A stretch of DNA of 62,208 nt, counting the filler, from Asterionella formosa (Eukaryota): the NCBI GenBank assembly GCA_002256025.1. It is 24 parts of 24 records of this genome, joined end to end, with 100 filler letters (N's around TTAATTAATTAA, not from the genome) between each part and the next. Parts side by side here need not be neighbours in the genome. Positions count along the whole stretch, not along the records: positions 10,431 to 12,934 come from NKIB01015184.1; positions 13,035 to 15,537 come from NKIB01015185.1; positions 15,638 to 18,138 come from NKIB01015186.1; positions 18,239 to 20,736 come from NKIB01015188.1; positions 20,837 to 23,333 come from NKIB01015189.1; 19 more parts are not named here. One strand, given 5' to 3'. Position numbers and translations under genes: made by a program. Position 1 is the stretch's first letter. Every line of letters starts with the position of its first letter. The notes under the pieces are model-generated. The model did no database searches. It was given only the letters and a program-made list of their open reading frames with translations, and had not been told where the DNA came from. Positions 10,637-23,147 of this stretch are shown piece by piece.

Positions 10637-12211
10637 ATGCTAAGAGCATTTGGTTGGAAAAAGGAAACAGAATGTTTGAATCTCGGAGTTGATTCATTTC
10701 CTGGTCCTGGTGCGTTTCAGGGATTATGGACATCTTCACAGAACTATTCCTTTGTGAATGGTCATGTTGATTCTGATTTTGACACCAACGAGATTAGGAG
10801 TGAACATGACCAGCTAGAACGTGCAACACTATTCAATGCTGAGCTAGTGCTGGTTGATCCAGAACTTGCCAGTGCCTCTGTTGTTGACATTAAAGCAGAA
10901 GCAAGGGCTCAATGTAAACGTCAAGTGCGGACTGCCTTGGTGCTATTTTTGGTAATTGGCTTGTTAGTAACCATCATACTTCCAACAGAGACTGGATGGG
11001 AAGAAGATGTCAAACGGTTGAAAGCGAATGATCCCAGTTTGACTACACTTAGTCTCTCTTATCATTCAATTGGTGATGACGGAGCCAAGGCCATTGCAGA
11101 GGCTCTCAAGGTCAATACTGTCTTGACTACACTTGATCTCCGTAATAATTCAATTGGTGATGACGTAGCCAAGGCCATTGCAGAGGCACTCAAGGACAAT
11201 ACTGTCTTGACTACACTTTATCTCTATGAGAATTCAATTCGTGTTGACGGAGCCAAGGCCATTGCTATTCAAAAACTGGTTGATGGAAACAAGAACCGCA
11301 AACCAAAAGCAGCCAACACAACTCAGCCAACATTGACTATGTCTTCCTGGGATTATAATTTTTCATGGGAAGAACATGTCAAACGGTTGAAAGCGAATGA
11401 TCCAAGTTTGACTAAAATTGTTACACTTGGTCTTAGTCGCAGAGTTAATCCATTTGGTGTTGACGGAGCCAAAGCCATTGCAGAGGCTCTCAAGGACAAT
11501 ACTGTCTTGACTACAATTGTTCTCTCTAATAATTCAATTGGTGTTGACGGAGCCAAAGCCATTGCAGAGGCTCTCAAGGACAATACTGTCTTGACTACAA
11601 TTGTTCTCTATAATAATTCAATTGGTGATGACGGAGCCAAGGCCATTGCAGAGGCTCTCAAGGTCAATACTGTCTTGACTACACTTCATCTCGGAAGTAA
11701 TTCAATTGGTAATGACGGAGCCAAGGCCATTGCAGAGGCTCTCAAGGTCAATACTGTCTTGACTAAACTTTATCTCCGATGGAATTCAATTGGTGACAAT
11801 TTACTAAATGATATAAACAAACTCGTTGATGCAAACAAGAACCGCAATGCGATTGCTGCAATTCTTTCAAAGATGCAAATGAATGAACAGAATGCTGACA
11901 TTCAAATAAAATGTTGTTCAGAACTTTGGGACTTGGCTTTGAATGAAAACAACAGGGTGACGATTGCTGAAGCAGGAGGTATCACTACCATTCTGTCTGC
12001 AATGAAGAATCATTCATCCAATGCTGATGTGCAAGAGAATAGTTGTGGAGCACTTGTGAACTTGGCTTTGAATGAAAACAACAGGGTGACAATATCCAAT
12101 GCTGATGGAAAAGCCGTAATTGAGTCTGCTATGCAAAATTACTCATCCAATGCTGGTGTTCAAGAAAATGGTAAAGCAGCAATTCGCAATTTTACCCATT
12201 GTGGCAAATGA
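10637..12211 (+). CDS. Membrane-anchored leucine-rich repeat (RI/NLRC3-like, 28-aa) protein with C-terminal ARM repeats
   Basis: It has a PGAF motif and a hydrophobic segment TALVLFLVIGLLVTIILP. Eight LRRs of the form IGDDGAKAIAEALKVNTVLTTLxLxxNS occur in two capped blocks, followed by ARM-like LALNENNRVTIAEAGGI..ILSAM repeats. Confidence 0.85.
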   Translation: MLRAFGWKKETECLNLGVDSFPGPGAFQGLWTSSQNYSFVNGHVDSDFDTNEIRSEHDQLERATLFNAELVLVDPELASASVVDIKAEARAQCKRQVRTALVLFLVIGLLVTIILPTETGWEEDVKRLKANDPSLTTLSLSYHSIGDDGAKAIAEALKVNTVLTTLDLRNNSIGDDVAKAIAEALKDNTVLTTLYLYENSIRVDGAKAIAIQKLVDGNKNRKPKAANTTQPTLTMSSWDYNFSWEEHVKRLKANDPSLTKIVTLGLSRRVNPFGVDGAKAIAEALKDNTVLTTIVLSNNSIGVDGAKAIAEALKDNTVLTTIVLYNNSIGDDGAKAIAEALKVNTVLTTLHLGSNSIGNDGAKAIAEALKVNTVLTKLYLRWNSIGDNLLNDINKLVDANKNRNAIAAILSKMQMNEQNADIQIKCCSELWDLALNENNRVTIAEAGGITTILSAMKNHSSNADVQENSCGALVNLALNENNRVTISNADGKAVIESAMQNYSSNAGVQENGKAAIRNFTHCGK

Positions 12212-13743
12212 TCATCATGGTAATAATTAGGAGGATCATTTAGTTTATATTATTGTAATTACGGAACAGTTATGTTTTGATTATCAATTAGTAGGGTACG
12301 TTTTTGTTAAACTGTTAGTTGAAATTTACGTTTACACTCTTCTTTATGGATGTTTCCCTGATTTTGATACATTCATGGTGAGCGATGCTCGTTTTGTAAA
12401 CACGTTCATTTTGCATACAGAAGGATCCATCAACATGGACATGGAGACGGAGATGAATATACGTACCGGTAGTTAAGATATGAACAGGCTACATACAATA
12501 TATTCCACACACGATTGTAGCACAGGACGGAATCCAGAATCCGTTCGTCTGCCATCCTTGATGTCGAAATCAACAGAAAGACATGATAAATAATATTTAT
12601 TATATAGTTATTGGAAAAAGATATTTCGTCCCCCTCTTTTTGATAAACCCTTAAACCCTACTAGCCTACATAATCTTCGTATAAACCACCAATACTTTTT
12701 TGCCACACGAATCTTAGTTGACTCCTCCACGACACTGCCGTGCTAACGCATGCACATCATTGCGTTCGAATTGACTCTGATGCCTCCTCAACCAAAGCTG
12801 TCAGAACCTATTGGGGACAATACAGAGGAGGGAGATGAAAATTTATCCGACATCAATCTAATGGATCAAGTCACATTTGATTCTCGGGAAAAATGCATTG
12901 AAGCTGTTACCAAGTATTATAAGGATATGAACGTNNNNNNNNNNNNNNNNNNNNNNNNNNNNNNNNNNNNNNNNNNNNTTAATTAATTAANNNNNNNNNN
13001 NNNNNNNNNNNNNNNNNNNNNNNNNNNNNNNNNNCTTCCCATTGGAAAACAGGCAGCATGAACTTTGGGACTTTTCATGCTATGGGATACTAACATAGGC
13101 TAGTGGGTACATCAGTCTACAATCAGTTTGCTAAGAATAGCTAGTGAGTCTTGGCCCTATGGTAGTGTAGAAGCAATATTTTAAGGATCCAGTTATCAGA
13201 TTGCAATTCATCCAGTTGAGACTTAAACCCACCATTGATCATTCCTGGTTTATGAATTCAGAACTAATATAAATAAATTTTTTTTAAGTGCCTGAAGAAA
13301 CTCAATTGTTAAAAGGGTAGCCCATATGGTGTAGTGAAAGAGGGAATGATAGCAAACAAGAACAAAGGAGGAGGAGAGTAGTGTGAGTCATTTAAAGAAC
13401 CTGACAAGCTCAATAGGAGTTTGGAAGGGAGTATGTTAAAATAATGATTAGAGTATATTTAAAGTAGTTTTTGCATAGATAGAGAGTAGAGCAAGAACAC
13501 TATACAATAGTTCACAGACAAACAGACAGACACATGACGCTACATCATGATAGAACAGTGATTTATAATATCCACCCTATCTCATGAAATAATGAGATGT
13601 GCAGAGATAGGTGCAACTACAATTGTTTTGGAAGTCAGATGAAGGAGTACCAGTGATCAGCATTGGCATAGGTAAGTTCTGCAGCTGAGAATGAAGCAGT
13701 GTGATCTGCACAGCAATGGGAAAATGGGAGAAAGCAAAGAGAC

Positions 13744-14067
13744 GCAAATTGAGGTTTTGCAAACATGATCTTGGAGCAGAAGAGTATCCTGAATGGAGTA
13801 GTGCAATCTTCACAATCAGAGGGTGGGAGAAATGAAATGCAAATTGAGGTTCTGCAAACATGATTTTGGAGCAGAAGAGTATCGTCCTTATCGCTCAGGC
13901 AACTTAGATATTGCATAAGTCTATGATGATCTGTAATCAACGATTTATCAGCAATGTAGTCAGCTTTTTTTTGATAAAGAGACAAGGTAAAAGAAATATT
14001 GATCTTGGAGTAGAAGCTTAGGCCCATCAGCAGTTTCGCAAACATGATCTTGGATTAGAAGAGTACC
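13744..14067. repeat. About 45-bp imperfect direct repeats (2 full, 1 partial)
   Basis: GCAAATTGAGGTTYTGCAAACATGATYTTGGAGCAGAAGAGTATC occurs at 13744 and 13839, with a partial copy at about 14037. Confidence 0.8.
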
Positions 14068-14216
14068 ACCAGTAGTAGTTTTGCAAAGCCAACCTTGGAA
14101 TAAACAAAGGATATCTCCATCAGGCCATGGAGAGATATCATAATTGAAGAGATATCATAATTGAAATTTGGCATGATTCTTTGGAGACATACAATCAAGT
14201 TGGAGAATCAATGCTC

Positions 14217-14960
14217 CTAGTGAAATACACATGTACTATGAATAGTAGCTTGAGCTGCATATGATGCAGTTGTAAAGTATTTATCTACAATATTCTGAGC
14301 TTGAAATTCATTAATAGGAGGATGAGCCTTTAACATGACCCATAAACTGTTACTGATGGATTGATGTAGAAATTGATGTAGACATTCAAAAATAGCATTA
14401 GCTTGTGGATTCTTGACTGTAGTAGTAGTGACATTGTTAATTCCATCCAACACTAATATGTGAAGGAAAGGAATATCAGTAAATTTGCCTCCATTGTCAT
14501 GTATACAATGTTCTGGATGGGCAAAACCGGCTAGCCAATCATTTTCAAATTTCTGCTAAATTGGTAACAGTATCATCACAAGTTAGAGCATGAAATTAAA
14601 TTGCTTAAGCAGCCACTATTATCTTCCATGGATCAATTGAATCCACTGCAACTACTGCCCATGGTAATGACAATGCATTCCTATGTGGAATTTCACCATA
14701 ACCAGCACAAGGTAATTTTGTATGTTGACACACTTCACATATGCTTACAGTATGTTCCACACTTGCTTTTAATGTAGGGTGATAAAAAGGTGTAGAAATT
14801 GTAACATTTATTCTTGTCATACACACATGAGCTAACATCTGATGATACCAATTAAAAATAGGATCAAATAATGACATAGGGATAGCAATATGCCAAATAT
14901 CCCCTGGATTCTTCACAAAACATGTTAAATGTATATCAGCATGAAAATTGAAAGAAGGAA
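14217..14960 (-). mobile_element. Heavily decayed Ty3/gypsy integrase fragment (same family as 5393-7510)
   Basis: FVKNPGD.W.IAIP, FYHPTLKA.VEH.V..CE.CQ.TKLP and TTVKNPQANAI are colinear with the contig-3 copy. Confidence 0.88.
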
Positions 14961-15905
14961 AATTAAAAGGATCTGATTCCATATTGTTCCCTTGTAAAGA
15001 CAATGGACCAGTGATCCATGCTCACCAATTTTCAGACCACAATAATCTTAGCTATAAGAATACTTTTGGATGCTCATATTGGCAGGGTTGTCCTGTAGAT
15101 TGGCACAACTACTAATGCTTCATTAGAAATTAACCTGCCTTATCAAAATGGCCACCATTGCATTCCTCTGGGGCTTCAGTGGCTTTGCAGCTCCTTGTGT
15201 TTTCCTTGTTATTCATTGGCAAGCACCAGAGGAGGAGGAAAGGGGAATGTTTGCTTCCACTAAGCACCTTTGTATGTAAAACTAGTGCTTGCTTAGCGTT
15301 GGGACTTAAATAACACAGCTACAATTGAGTTACAGTGTCCTGCGAAATCATGATTATTGCAATGTTCAGCCTTCGTAAGTCAACTAGTTCCCATTCTGCG
15401 CTCATGCACGATGACGCATGGTTGAGATGGTGAACTATTGCAAAGATAATTTCACTTGATCCATTGAGCATGTTTTCTCTCATTCCTCGACCAATTCGCA
15501 TGTGTATCCTTGATCGTGCAGTGCCTTTTGGAATTGANNNNNNNNNNNNNNNNNNNNNNNNNNNNNNNNNNNNNNNNNNNNTTAATTAATTAANNNNNNN
15601 NNNNNNNNNNNNNNNNNNNNNNNNNNNNNNNNNNNNNGCATTTAGGTACACAACAAGAACACACTCACCATTCAACTGTATTGCAGAGTTCTTTTGGATT
15701 TCATCCGAATGCTCCTGAATTGAAAGGGTTTGCTGCAATGTCAATTGAATGTAGAGGAAGATCAGTGTGAGTTATCAGTAGCGTTGCTCATATAGCCGTC
15801 AAAATAGCGCAGTAATCTTACCAGAAAAACTTCCATTCCGGACCTCATTGTCCCTGCCTGTTGTCAACAACAATGCGTGAGCTGACAAGCCATACTAGCA
15901 TTTTT

Positions 15906-17042
15906 CGCCGACTATTCCGTTGTTTGATTGGTTTTATGGTCCTATGCAGTTACAGAAACAATGAGAAGGAATGATTTGTTAGCTAGTAGTCATGATAGCT
16001 TTGTTCCAACAGAAGTGAATAGGTCCAACGAGCGACAAGAGCACTTACGCAATTTGGTTTGGTTTTGTTTGAGCTGTTGAATCAACTGAGAAAAAAGGAA
16101 ATGTGCGTTTAGTTAACAATTTGTTGTTGTGCTGCCTGCCTGCCTCCCAACGATTGTCATCCAAGTACCACGCACATTGATGGCTTCATTACCTTAAACA
16201 TTCTCCATCCTTCGAATGCGCAATGTGTCGAAGTCACAATGTTTTTCGTTATGTATTGCGTAAACTTTCTTTGCTGTCATGTGCTTTACTACGACGTATC
16301 TTTTCATGAAGCAGCAGGCATTGATTGTTAACGTGACAGAACGATTTGAAAAATATATTGGCCATGAATATAGTAATAAAATTTGTAAATATATATATAT
16401 ATATATAGTAATACATTTTATAAAATTCAAAGGCGCTCTCGATATGGAACATCTGATATGGTTGAGATGATCATACTCGCATATACATAATTCGAAAATA
16501 CTCAATGCACTATATGTCCATTGTTTTCCACGACTACGTGAACCGTGTAAGTCATAACCGCCAGGGTTATGGTGGCAAATTGTTTAAGCCCCCTTTTTGG
16601 GCGGGAGCTCTTCATGTGTACCGGTACATCATATGACAATAACAATATATCATATATATATACAGAGTACCAGTAGCAGGTAGTAAGTGATATGCTGGTG
16701 GGGGTAGTCGGAGTAGTAAACTAGCAACAGAACACCATATGTTCAGGACTGTTGCTACTGCAGTGGGACAGTAAATCATCATAGTTTTAGGATCATATGA
16801 TCGTAAAACTAAAAACAAATAGAACACGAAATGTCTATGACTGCTGCTACTGCAGCGGGACAGTAAATCATCATAATTTTAGGATCGTATGATCGTAAAA
16901 CTAAAAACCAATGGAATACCAAATATTCAGGACTGTTGCTACTACCGTGGGACAATAAATCATCATAGTTCTAGGATTGTATGATCGTAAAACTAAAAAC
17001 CAATAGTCGGAGTAATAAGCGAGCAACAGAACACCATATGTT
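15906..17042. repeat. Copy 2 of the unclassified dispersed repeat, ending in a palindrome-containing tandem array (16700-17042)
   Basis: Colinear with the other copies. Three units contain TAGTTTTAGGATCATATGATCGTAAAACTA or variants. Confidence 0.9.
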
Positions 17043-18788
17043 CTGGCATACCTACCCGGTAGTTATCATGATATTGCTTTTATGAATTTAACTGGCGCGA
17101 TAATTAGCCAGGCTGACGAGTTACTACCGGTACCAGGTAGTACGTCTACATCTTTTATCAGCACCTACGGTTATGGTGGTACTATGTTTTTCCCTATTAT
17201 TTTCTGTCGCAGCTCTGTACAGAGGCTGTGAAAGTCAAAGCGCTGCCCCCCGCCCCCCCTCTATTATACCGGAAAAATTTGGTACATCACCCATTATCGT
17301 GCGTTGCAACGGCCCGCGACAGGGTGGCTGTGGTTATGGAGCAGGGGGTAGAACGCCACAACATTCTTCCTACGAGCAAACAACAGTGAAAAGAGCCACT
17401 TGCTTTCGCTCTCTTGATGGTATCAAAGATGCGGACAAGTTCAATAGTTAATTAAAGTACAGTATGCCAAATGCAGAAACGAGCGAGCGATATGAAAATG
17501 AAATGCGTTCTAATCAGAATCATTCTATAACTATAGCTATGTGGACAGTAGTCTGTTACGCACATTTTCGTATCTCCTTCTATGCTGAATCTCAATAGTA
17601 GATGTAGTATCTGTTGTAACAACTACCGTATTCGACCGTATCGTAGGCCTTGAAACTAGTACTGTGTTAATCGAATACAGTTGATGAAATTGATAGCAAC
17701 GAGGAAGTTGTCAAACTTAAACTTTCACATTACTAACTGGATTGTTTCGAGATAATGGTCTCGAAACACTCTTATTACTCACACTGCATTTTAACATTTT
17801 TTCTTGACCTCTGATTGCTTTTCCTTGCGTTGTGCCTTTTACCACGTCAGCCCAGGTAACTCTTGGTAGCGGCTGTACGGTTTTAACTGTAGTACTGTAC
17901 TCTCTCGTGTCCACTATACCCTTCACTCCTGTCCTGTGGCAGTCAGCTCGAATTTTTTCAACAGTATCATGTGAGAATTGAAAATGTCAACGAGAACAAG
18001 TAGAATGTGTTTGTTTACGGGTTGATTGGCGAGATTGTCATGCTGAAGTGGACGAAACGGATATACTTTGTGCGCAAAATCGGAAGTTGGTAGGGTTTAT
18101 AATGTCGTTTATTTCTCCGTTCTGAATGATTGGACCATNNNNNNNNNNNNNNNNNNNNNNNNNNNNNNNNNNNNNNNNNNNNTTAATTAATTAANNNNNN
18201 NNNNNNNNNNNNNNNNNNNNNNNNNNNNNNNNNNNNNNATCCGAAATAGCTTGCCAGAGATTTATAGGAATTGGATCTCGAACAATCACTGATTGATCAC
18301 CCATTTATTCGCAAAAGTGGACATTTTCCCTTTGCAAATGGCCATTGTTGCTGGTCTACCGGTCTACCGGTAGTCTGCTACACTAATAATAATCAAGCAT
18401 CATCACCTTCAAAATTCAACAGTTACTGAATGGCGCGATAGTAAAAGTACTTGCTAGTACTAGTAGCTACTAGCAGCGATTCAGGGAAATTATACGAACA
18501 AACAAGGACCAGGTATTCTATATAGTACATCCGAGTATTCGTACGTCTTGTACTATTTATCTAGTAGGTACTAGATGCAGGTGCTAGGATTCGGACACAA
18601 AAACATTGCAACTAGCTACTACTGGCTTCCTGCCTGTTTGTCGGAACAGAAAAACTGCCAGCCATCCTCACGTGACTCTATATTTCTCAAATAATTACAC
18701 TTTTTCGCAACAATTGCGTTACTCTCCTCTTCTCTCTTTCCTTTCTCCCTTCGAGACTTCTTTCTCGCTCAAGAACAGACCAGCCAAG

Positions 18789-20736
18789 ATGTGCGATGGT
18801 TTCTGTCCTTTCGAGGATCACAGGGCTCAGTATGGTGATGATGATACTATGTATCCTCATTACCACATCAAGACGAATTTCAGTGTTCCTTTCACTACTG
18901 ACCAGTTTAAGAGTACTTGCGACAGTATAGACAAGTTACTTGAGATTGGCATGTTCAAGGATTTCCAGAGAGATCCTGAATTTTCCATGAAGAAACTCTA
19001 TCGATTGATCAACGCGTATGAGAATGAGTCCTTTCTCCCTCAACGCTATTGGTTGGTCCCTTTCAGTCCTGAGTCTATGAGTCTGATCCGTGAGGGATAC
19101 AGGACTCATGTGGATTATCCACTGCTCTATTTTCTTGCTTTTTTCACTCATGTGAGCAAAAAGTCTTGAGGCTCTAGGAAGATTGTACATTGGTCGCATC
19201 AGTGTACGTGACCCTAATGCTGATGATAGGCAGTACAAGTGGAAAGTTAGGATCACCCAAATTCCCCTTGACACCTTCGCCACCTCTAAAATCCCTTTGG
19301 AGATCAATGAGATTATGACATTCTTGTCCAAAGCTTTTGGTAACGATTGGAATTCCGTTGTTACCAACCAAGCTCTATACGCAAATCAGCTCCAGAAGAA
19401 GCTTCATGGCAACTTTGTCATTACCATTGAAGAGAGGGAGAACTTGGAGAAGAAGTTCAAGCCCGTAGCTATGGTTGTTGTGGAGCAAAAAGAGTTTCCA
19501 ACTCCTATTGCTTGTATTCACTATCTGGTGACAAGTAACCATAACTCAACCCATGATTTGCACAAGTACAAAGAACGTGGAATGGGTCAACTGCTGATCC
19601 AAGCTGCTACTCGTCTTCGTATCGATGAGGAGGCCTGAAACTGTGCATACCCAGGATGTCCTTCCCAACATCAACCAGTTTTTGCGCAGGTGCTGGGGAA
19701 TGCGGTTGAGTGGTATAAATCCTTGGGATTTGTACACTGCAATCCTATTCCTTGGATGGACAGGATCAATCATCCTCTTGAAAACCTTCTTCATGATGAG
19801 AAGAACAAGAACAATGGCGATGTTGATTCATACAATTATGGACCTGATATGCCAGAACCAGCAAATTTCGAGACGTTTCCTATCGTGCGTTTGCGAACAA
19901 ATATAGCTGGGAGTCTTCTTTCAGCCACTCATTAGGATCTTCTTGATCATCAATTGGAAGAGCAAGCCTATGTGTACTCGATATTTCTTCCCATTGGGGG
20001 TTTCATCTACAAGCAACCAAAAGGTATGTTCGTTTACTATATATGCTGTATTCATATTCATTTATTCATTCACACATTTCTTTTTTTGCATTCATCGCCT
20101 GACAGAGGAGGTGATGAATGCGAAGGCAGCTATCAGGTCAGAGTATGCCCGCTTGGAAGTTCCTTCTTGTGCGCTCGGAAAGCGTGCGAAGAGAGGCACT
20201 TTGCAGAAGGCTGCTTCTATAGTTACAGCAGGATCAACACAGGCCCAATCCCGAGTGTTGCAGAAGAGTGTTCCAAAGAAAGCTGCAAAGACGAGGATGA
20301 AAGCTCCTCCAAGAACTGTTGCTGCGAAAGCTGTTGCACTCAAGCCTTCTGCCAAGGCTACTCCCAAGCATGATGCTACAAAAGCCATCACATCCAAGGC
20401 AGGTGCTTACAACGCTGCGAAGTCAACAGCCAGGAGCCGAGATGTTGCATCAATGGCTGTAACTAATCCTTACGAAGAATCTGAATCGGACTGCAAACCA
20501 GCCGCGATTCCCAACAAAACATAATCGAAACCAGACTCTAAACCAGCTGCCATAAACAGGAAAAAAGTATCCAAACCGGATTCCAAATCAGCTGCCACCT
20601 CCAGCAAAATGGTCTCCAAACCGGAGTCCCAACAAGTTGCTGTGCCAATAATCAAGAAACGATCGAAGGCTACCTGGCCCCCTTCTAGTTCTATTTCCAA
20701 GAAATCACGAATTTCTTCCAAGGACAATGATGTGAT
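18789..20736 (+). pseudogene. Frameshifted gene with GNAT acetyltransferase-like motifs and a K/A/S/T-rich tail
   Basis: The ORF pieces join across a frameshift at about 19160 (THVSK/SLEALGRLYIG). YKERGMGQLLIQAA resembles motif A and NAVEWYKSLGF resembles motif B. A probable GT..AG intron lies at about 20025-20105. Confidence 0.5.
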
Positions 20737-20836
20737 NNNNNNNNNNNNNNNNNNNNNNNNNNNNNNNNNNNNNNNNNNNNTTAATTAATTAANNNNNNNN
20801 NNNNNNNNNNNNNNNNNNNNNNNNNNNNNNNNNNNN

Positions 20837-21394
20837 AACCCAAAGAGGAACGGGCAATCAACAAGGCCCAAGGAAGCCATGCACAGGCACAGGCTACTAC
20901 ATCGGACACAAGTACGGTTACCTCTGTTACTTCCAATAGCCCACAGTCATCACAAGCATCACAACAAGCAAATCTCAATCAAGTTGGATTGGAAGGAGCT
21001 AACATGAACTACAGCAATTCTATCAAGCATCTGAGATGCATGACTGGATACTATTAGGCAATCCATCAAGTGTCACAGTCTTTTGCAATCCAAAAATGGT
21101 TGAAAAAAATCGAATGTCTAACAATGGAAGCATGCATCTGGCCACAAAGACAATGGTGGATCCATGGGCACTAATATCAAGGCTGATCTTCCACAATGGG
21201 GAGAAGTATGGTTTAATGACAAGGCAATCACCAACATCTTCAGTTCCGCCGAAATGGCAGATAAGTACAGGATTAGCTATGACTCTGAAAAGAAAGATGC
21301 ATTTATTGTTCATTTGCCAGACAAACCAGTTCGATTTGAAAGAATCAAAATGAATCTTTATGTATTCAGGCCTCCTAAATTCTATGAAGGCTGA
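20837..21394 (+). mobile_element. Ty1/copia gag-protease fragment, degenerate (same family as 7826-9031)
   Basis: DWILLGNPSSVTVFCNP is a decayed protease motif. GEVWFNDKAITNIFS..YDSEKKDAFIVHLPDK is shared with contig 4. Confidence 0.85.
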
Positions 21395-21454
21395 AATTGC
21401 AATTAAACTACTCACTGCCTTTTTCAGTGTATGATGCAAAGAATAGTTTATTGT

Positions 21455-22408
21455 CTATAAAATTACTGTTGTGGATGTGTCAGGTGAGCAATCTTCCTCA
21501 TGGTTATTGTCCTCCTCCTCAAGAATGACTCTTGTGGCCAAAAATCGAGCCCCATTTCCAACAAATTCACAATACCTTGGAAACAAGGTGAGTTTCCAGA
21601 TTGCTATGTTGAATACTGCCAGATTACATAATAATAGCATAGTTCCAAACCAGGCACCAGGGTTTATTTTCCCTGCATAGTGAATGAATGCAATAATAAT
21701 TGCATAATACAGCAAGGAACTGGGAATTGTCCACAAAAGCCAAAGAAGCACACCTCGTTGTGGCTTCCACTCGATTTCTTTCATTTCCTTTTCCAACAGA
21801 ACTTTCGGATACCCTGAAGATTTCTCAGTAGGTATGCATACAAGGTCAATGTGTCCCCCAATAATGGCATTCCTTTCATCACCATTGCGCATGATACAAG
21901 GTGCTGTCTCAAACACTTCTCCGCAAGGAGTTGAATACTTGATAACTAAATAGTATGCATCCTTCGAATATTCAAATGCAGCCAATCGCTTGGATACAGT
22001 GCCGTGAATGACCTCACCCTCTTGCTCCAAGCGAAGGTAGTTGCGTTGGAGCGAGCCCTGTTCGAGAGTAGCGGTGAGAAGCGTTGGCCAGACTAGTCGG
22101 ATCGGATCGACAATGGGGATAAGAATGAGAAAATTGAGGCACACTGAAAAGAGAATCAGGGGAGAAAGGCACAGATAGAGAGGCAAGGCGATGACATGCT
22201 TGAGAGGTCCTACCGGTACTTTTTGGAGGCAGCCCGGAACAAGACATCGAAAGTAAAGAACAGCAGAACACATGAAAAACTTATTGAAGCGAGACGACCA
22301 GTTCTCAAACAACAATGGACTTTCTTTATCTTGTTCTGCGGCTCTTCCAAATTCCATAATAGAAGTGTAGGATGCATTTAGTTGCTCGCTACAAGCGCGG
22401 AAAGCCAT
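21455..22408 (-). CDS. Hypothetical multi-pass membrane protein (possibly DUF3592-like)
   Basis: A 317-aa uninterrupted ORF. Hydrophobic segments flank a soluble EGEVIHGTV..YYLVIKY beta-rich region. Confidence 0.65.
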   Translation of the reverse strand: MAFRACSEQLNASYTSIMEFGRAAEQDKESPLLFENWSSRFNKFFMCSAVLYFRCLVPGCLQKVPVGPLKHVIALPLYLCLSPLILFSVCLNFLILIPIVDPIRLVWPTLLTATLEQGSLQRNYLRLEQEGEVIHGTVSKRLAAFEYSKDAYYLVIKYSTPCGEVFETAPCIMRNGDERNAIIGGHIDLVCIPTEKSSGYPKVLLEKEMKEIEWKPQRGVLLWLLWTIPSSLLYYAIIIAFIHYAGKINPGAWFGTMLLLCNLAVFNIAIWKLTLFPRYCEFVGNGARFLATRVILEEEDNNHEEDCSPDTSTTVIL

Positions 22409-22625
22409 TGCATTGATTTGCGAGACGACCTACGTGTATCTATCGTCTTTAATATTTTGGATCAGTAACAACACCGCGTATTTTGTCCGTTCGCTTTAGT
22501 CGTGGGAGGAGGACCGGTGGTATGAACATACATTTTAGGGTTAGAAATACATACCCAGTACTGAACTTATTGTCTTGACGTTTTACTAAAATTGTTGAAT
22601 TCAATTGGTGACATGATTCATCACC

Positions 22626-23147
22626 ATGAGTGAGGAGGAGCCAAGGATAAAGAACAAGGATGAAACCAGAGTTGTTGGTTTCTTCATTCCTGTAGATGTC
22701 AAGTTTATAAGTGACGAGATTGGGCATGGCGTCTTCGCCAGAGAACACGTGTCGAGAGGAACTCCTGTTTGGACGCCCATGTTGGTTACAACGTTGACCT
22801 GCGAGGAACTTGCCATGCAATTGAAGGAAATGACAGCAAGCAAGGCACACGAGTTTTTGAGACAAGGCTTTGTACTTGAGACTGACGACAATCATTTTTG
22901 TGTCAACCCCAATGATGAGGGCCGATTTATGAATCATTCGTCCGATCCGAATGTGGGGTATGCCAAATTTGACTCAGATCTTAATAATACAAGTAGGTCG
23001 GGCATGTCCTGTGCCTTGAGAGATATTTCGGCTGGAGAAGAAATGAGTTGCGATTATAGTGGATTGGGAAGTCCGCAATGGTACAAGGATCTATGTTCTC
23101 AATACGGAGTCATACCCACAGATGAAGTTGCAAAACGATATGGTTAG
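22626..23147 (+). CDS. Small stand-alone SET-domain protein (lysine methyltransferase-like)
   Basis: GHGVFAREHVSRGT, RFMNHSSDPN and ALRDISAGEEMSCDY are SET motifs. Confidence 0.88.
   Translation: MSEEEPRIKNKDETRVVGFFIPVDVKFISDEIGHGVFAREHVSRGTPVWTPMLVTTLTCEELAMQLKEMTASKAHEFLRQGFVLETDDNHFCVNPNDEGRFMNHSSDPNVGYAKFDSDLNNTSRSGMSCALRDISAGEEMSCDYSGLGSPQWYKDLCSQYGVIPTDEVAKRYG

Noticed and set aside
12780..12934. ORF start resembling a MuDR/FAR1 N-terminus (TFDSREKCIEAVTKYY)
   Set aside because: Only about 50 codons remain before the contig end, too little to call.
16700..17042. CRISPR-like look of palindromic repeats with spacers
   Set aside because: The spacers are copies of each other, there are no cas genes, and the context is eukaryotic.
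17640..17940. Possible copia LTR remnant on the minus strand
   Set aside because: It resembles diatom copia LTR sequence, but no clear TG..CA ends or second copy are visible.
22626..23147. SET gene as Crypton cargo
   Set aside because: There is no Crypton sequence on this contig. It is more simply a host gene.
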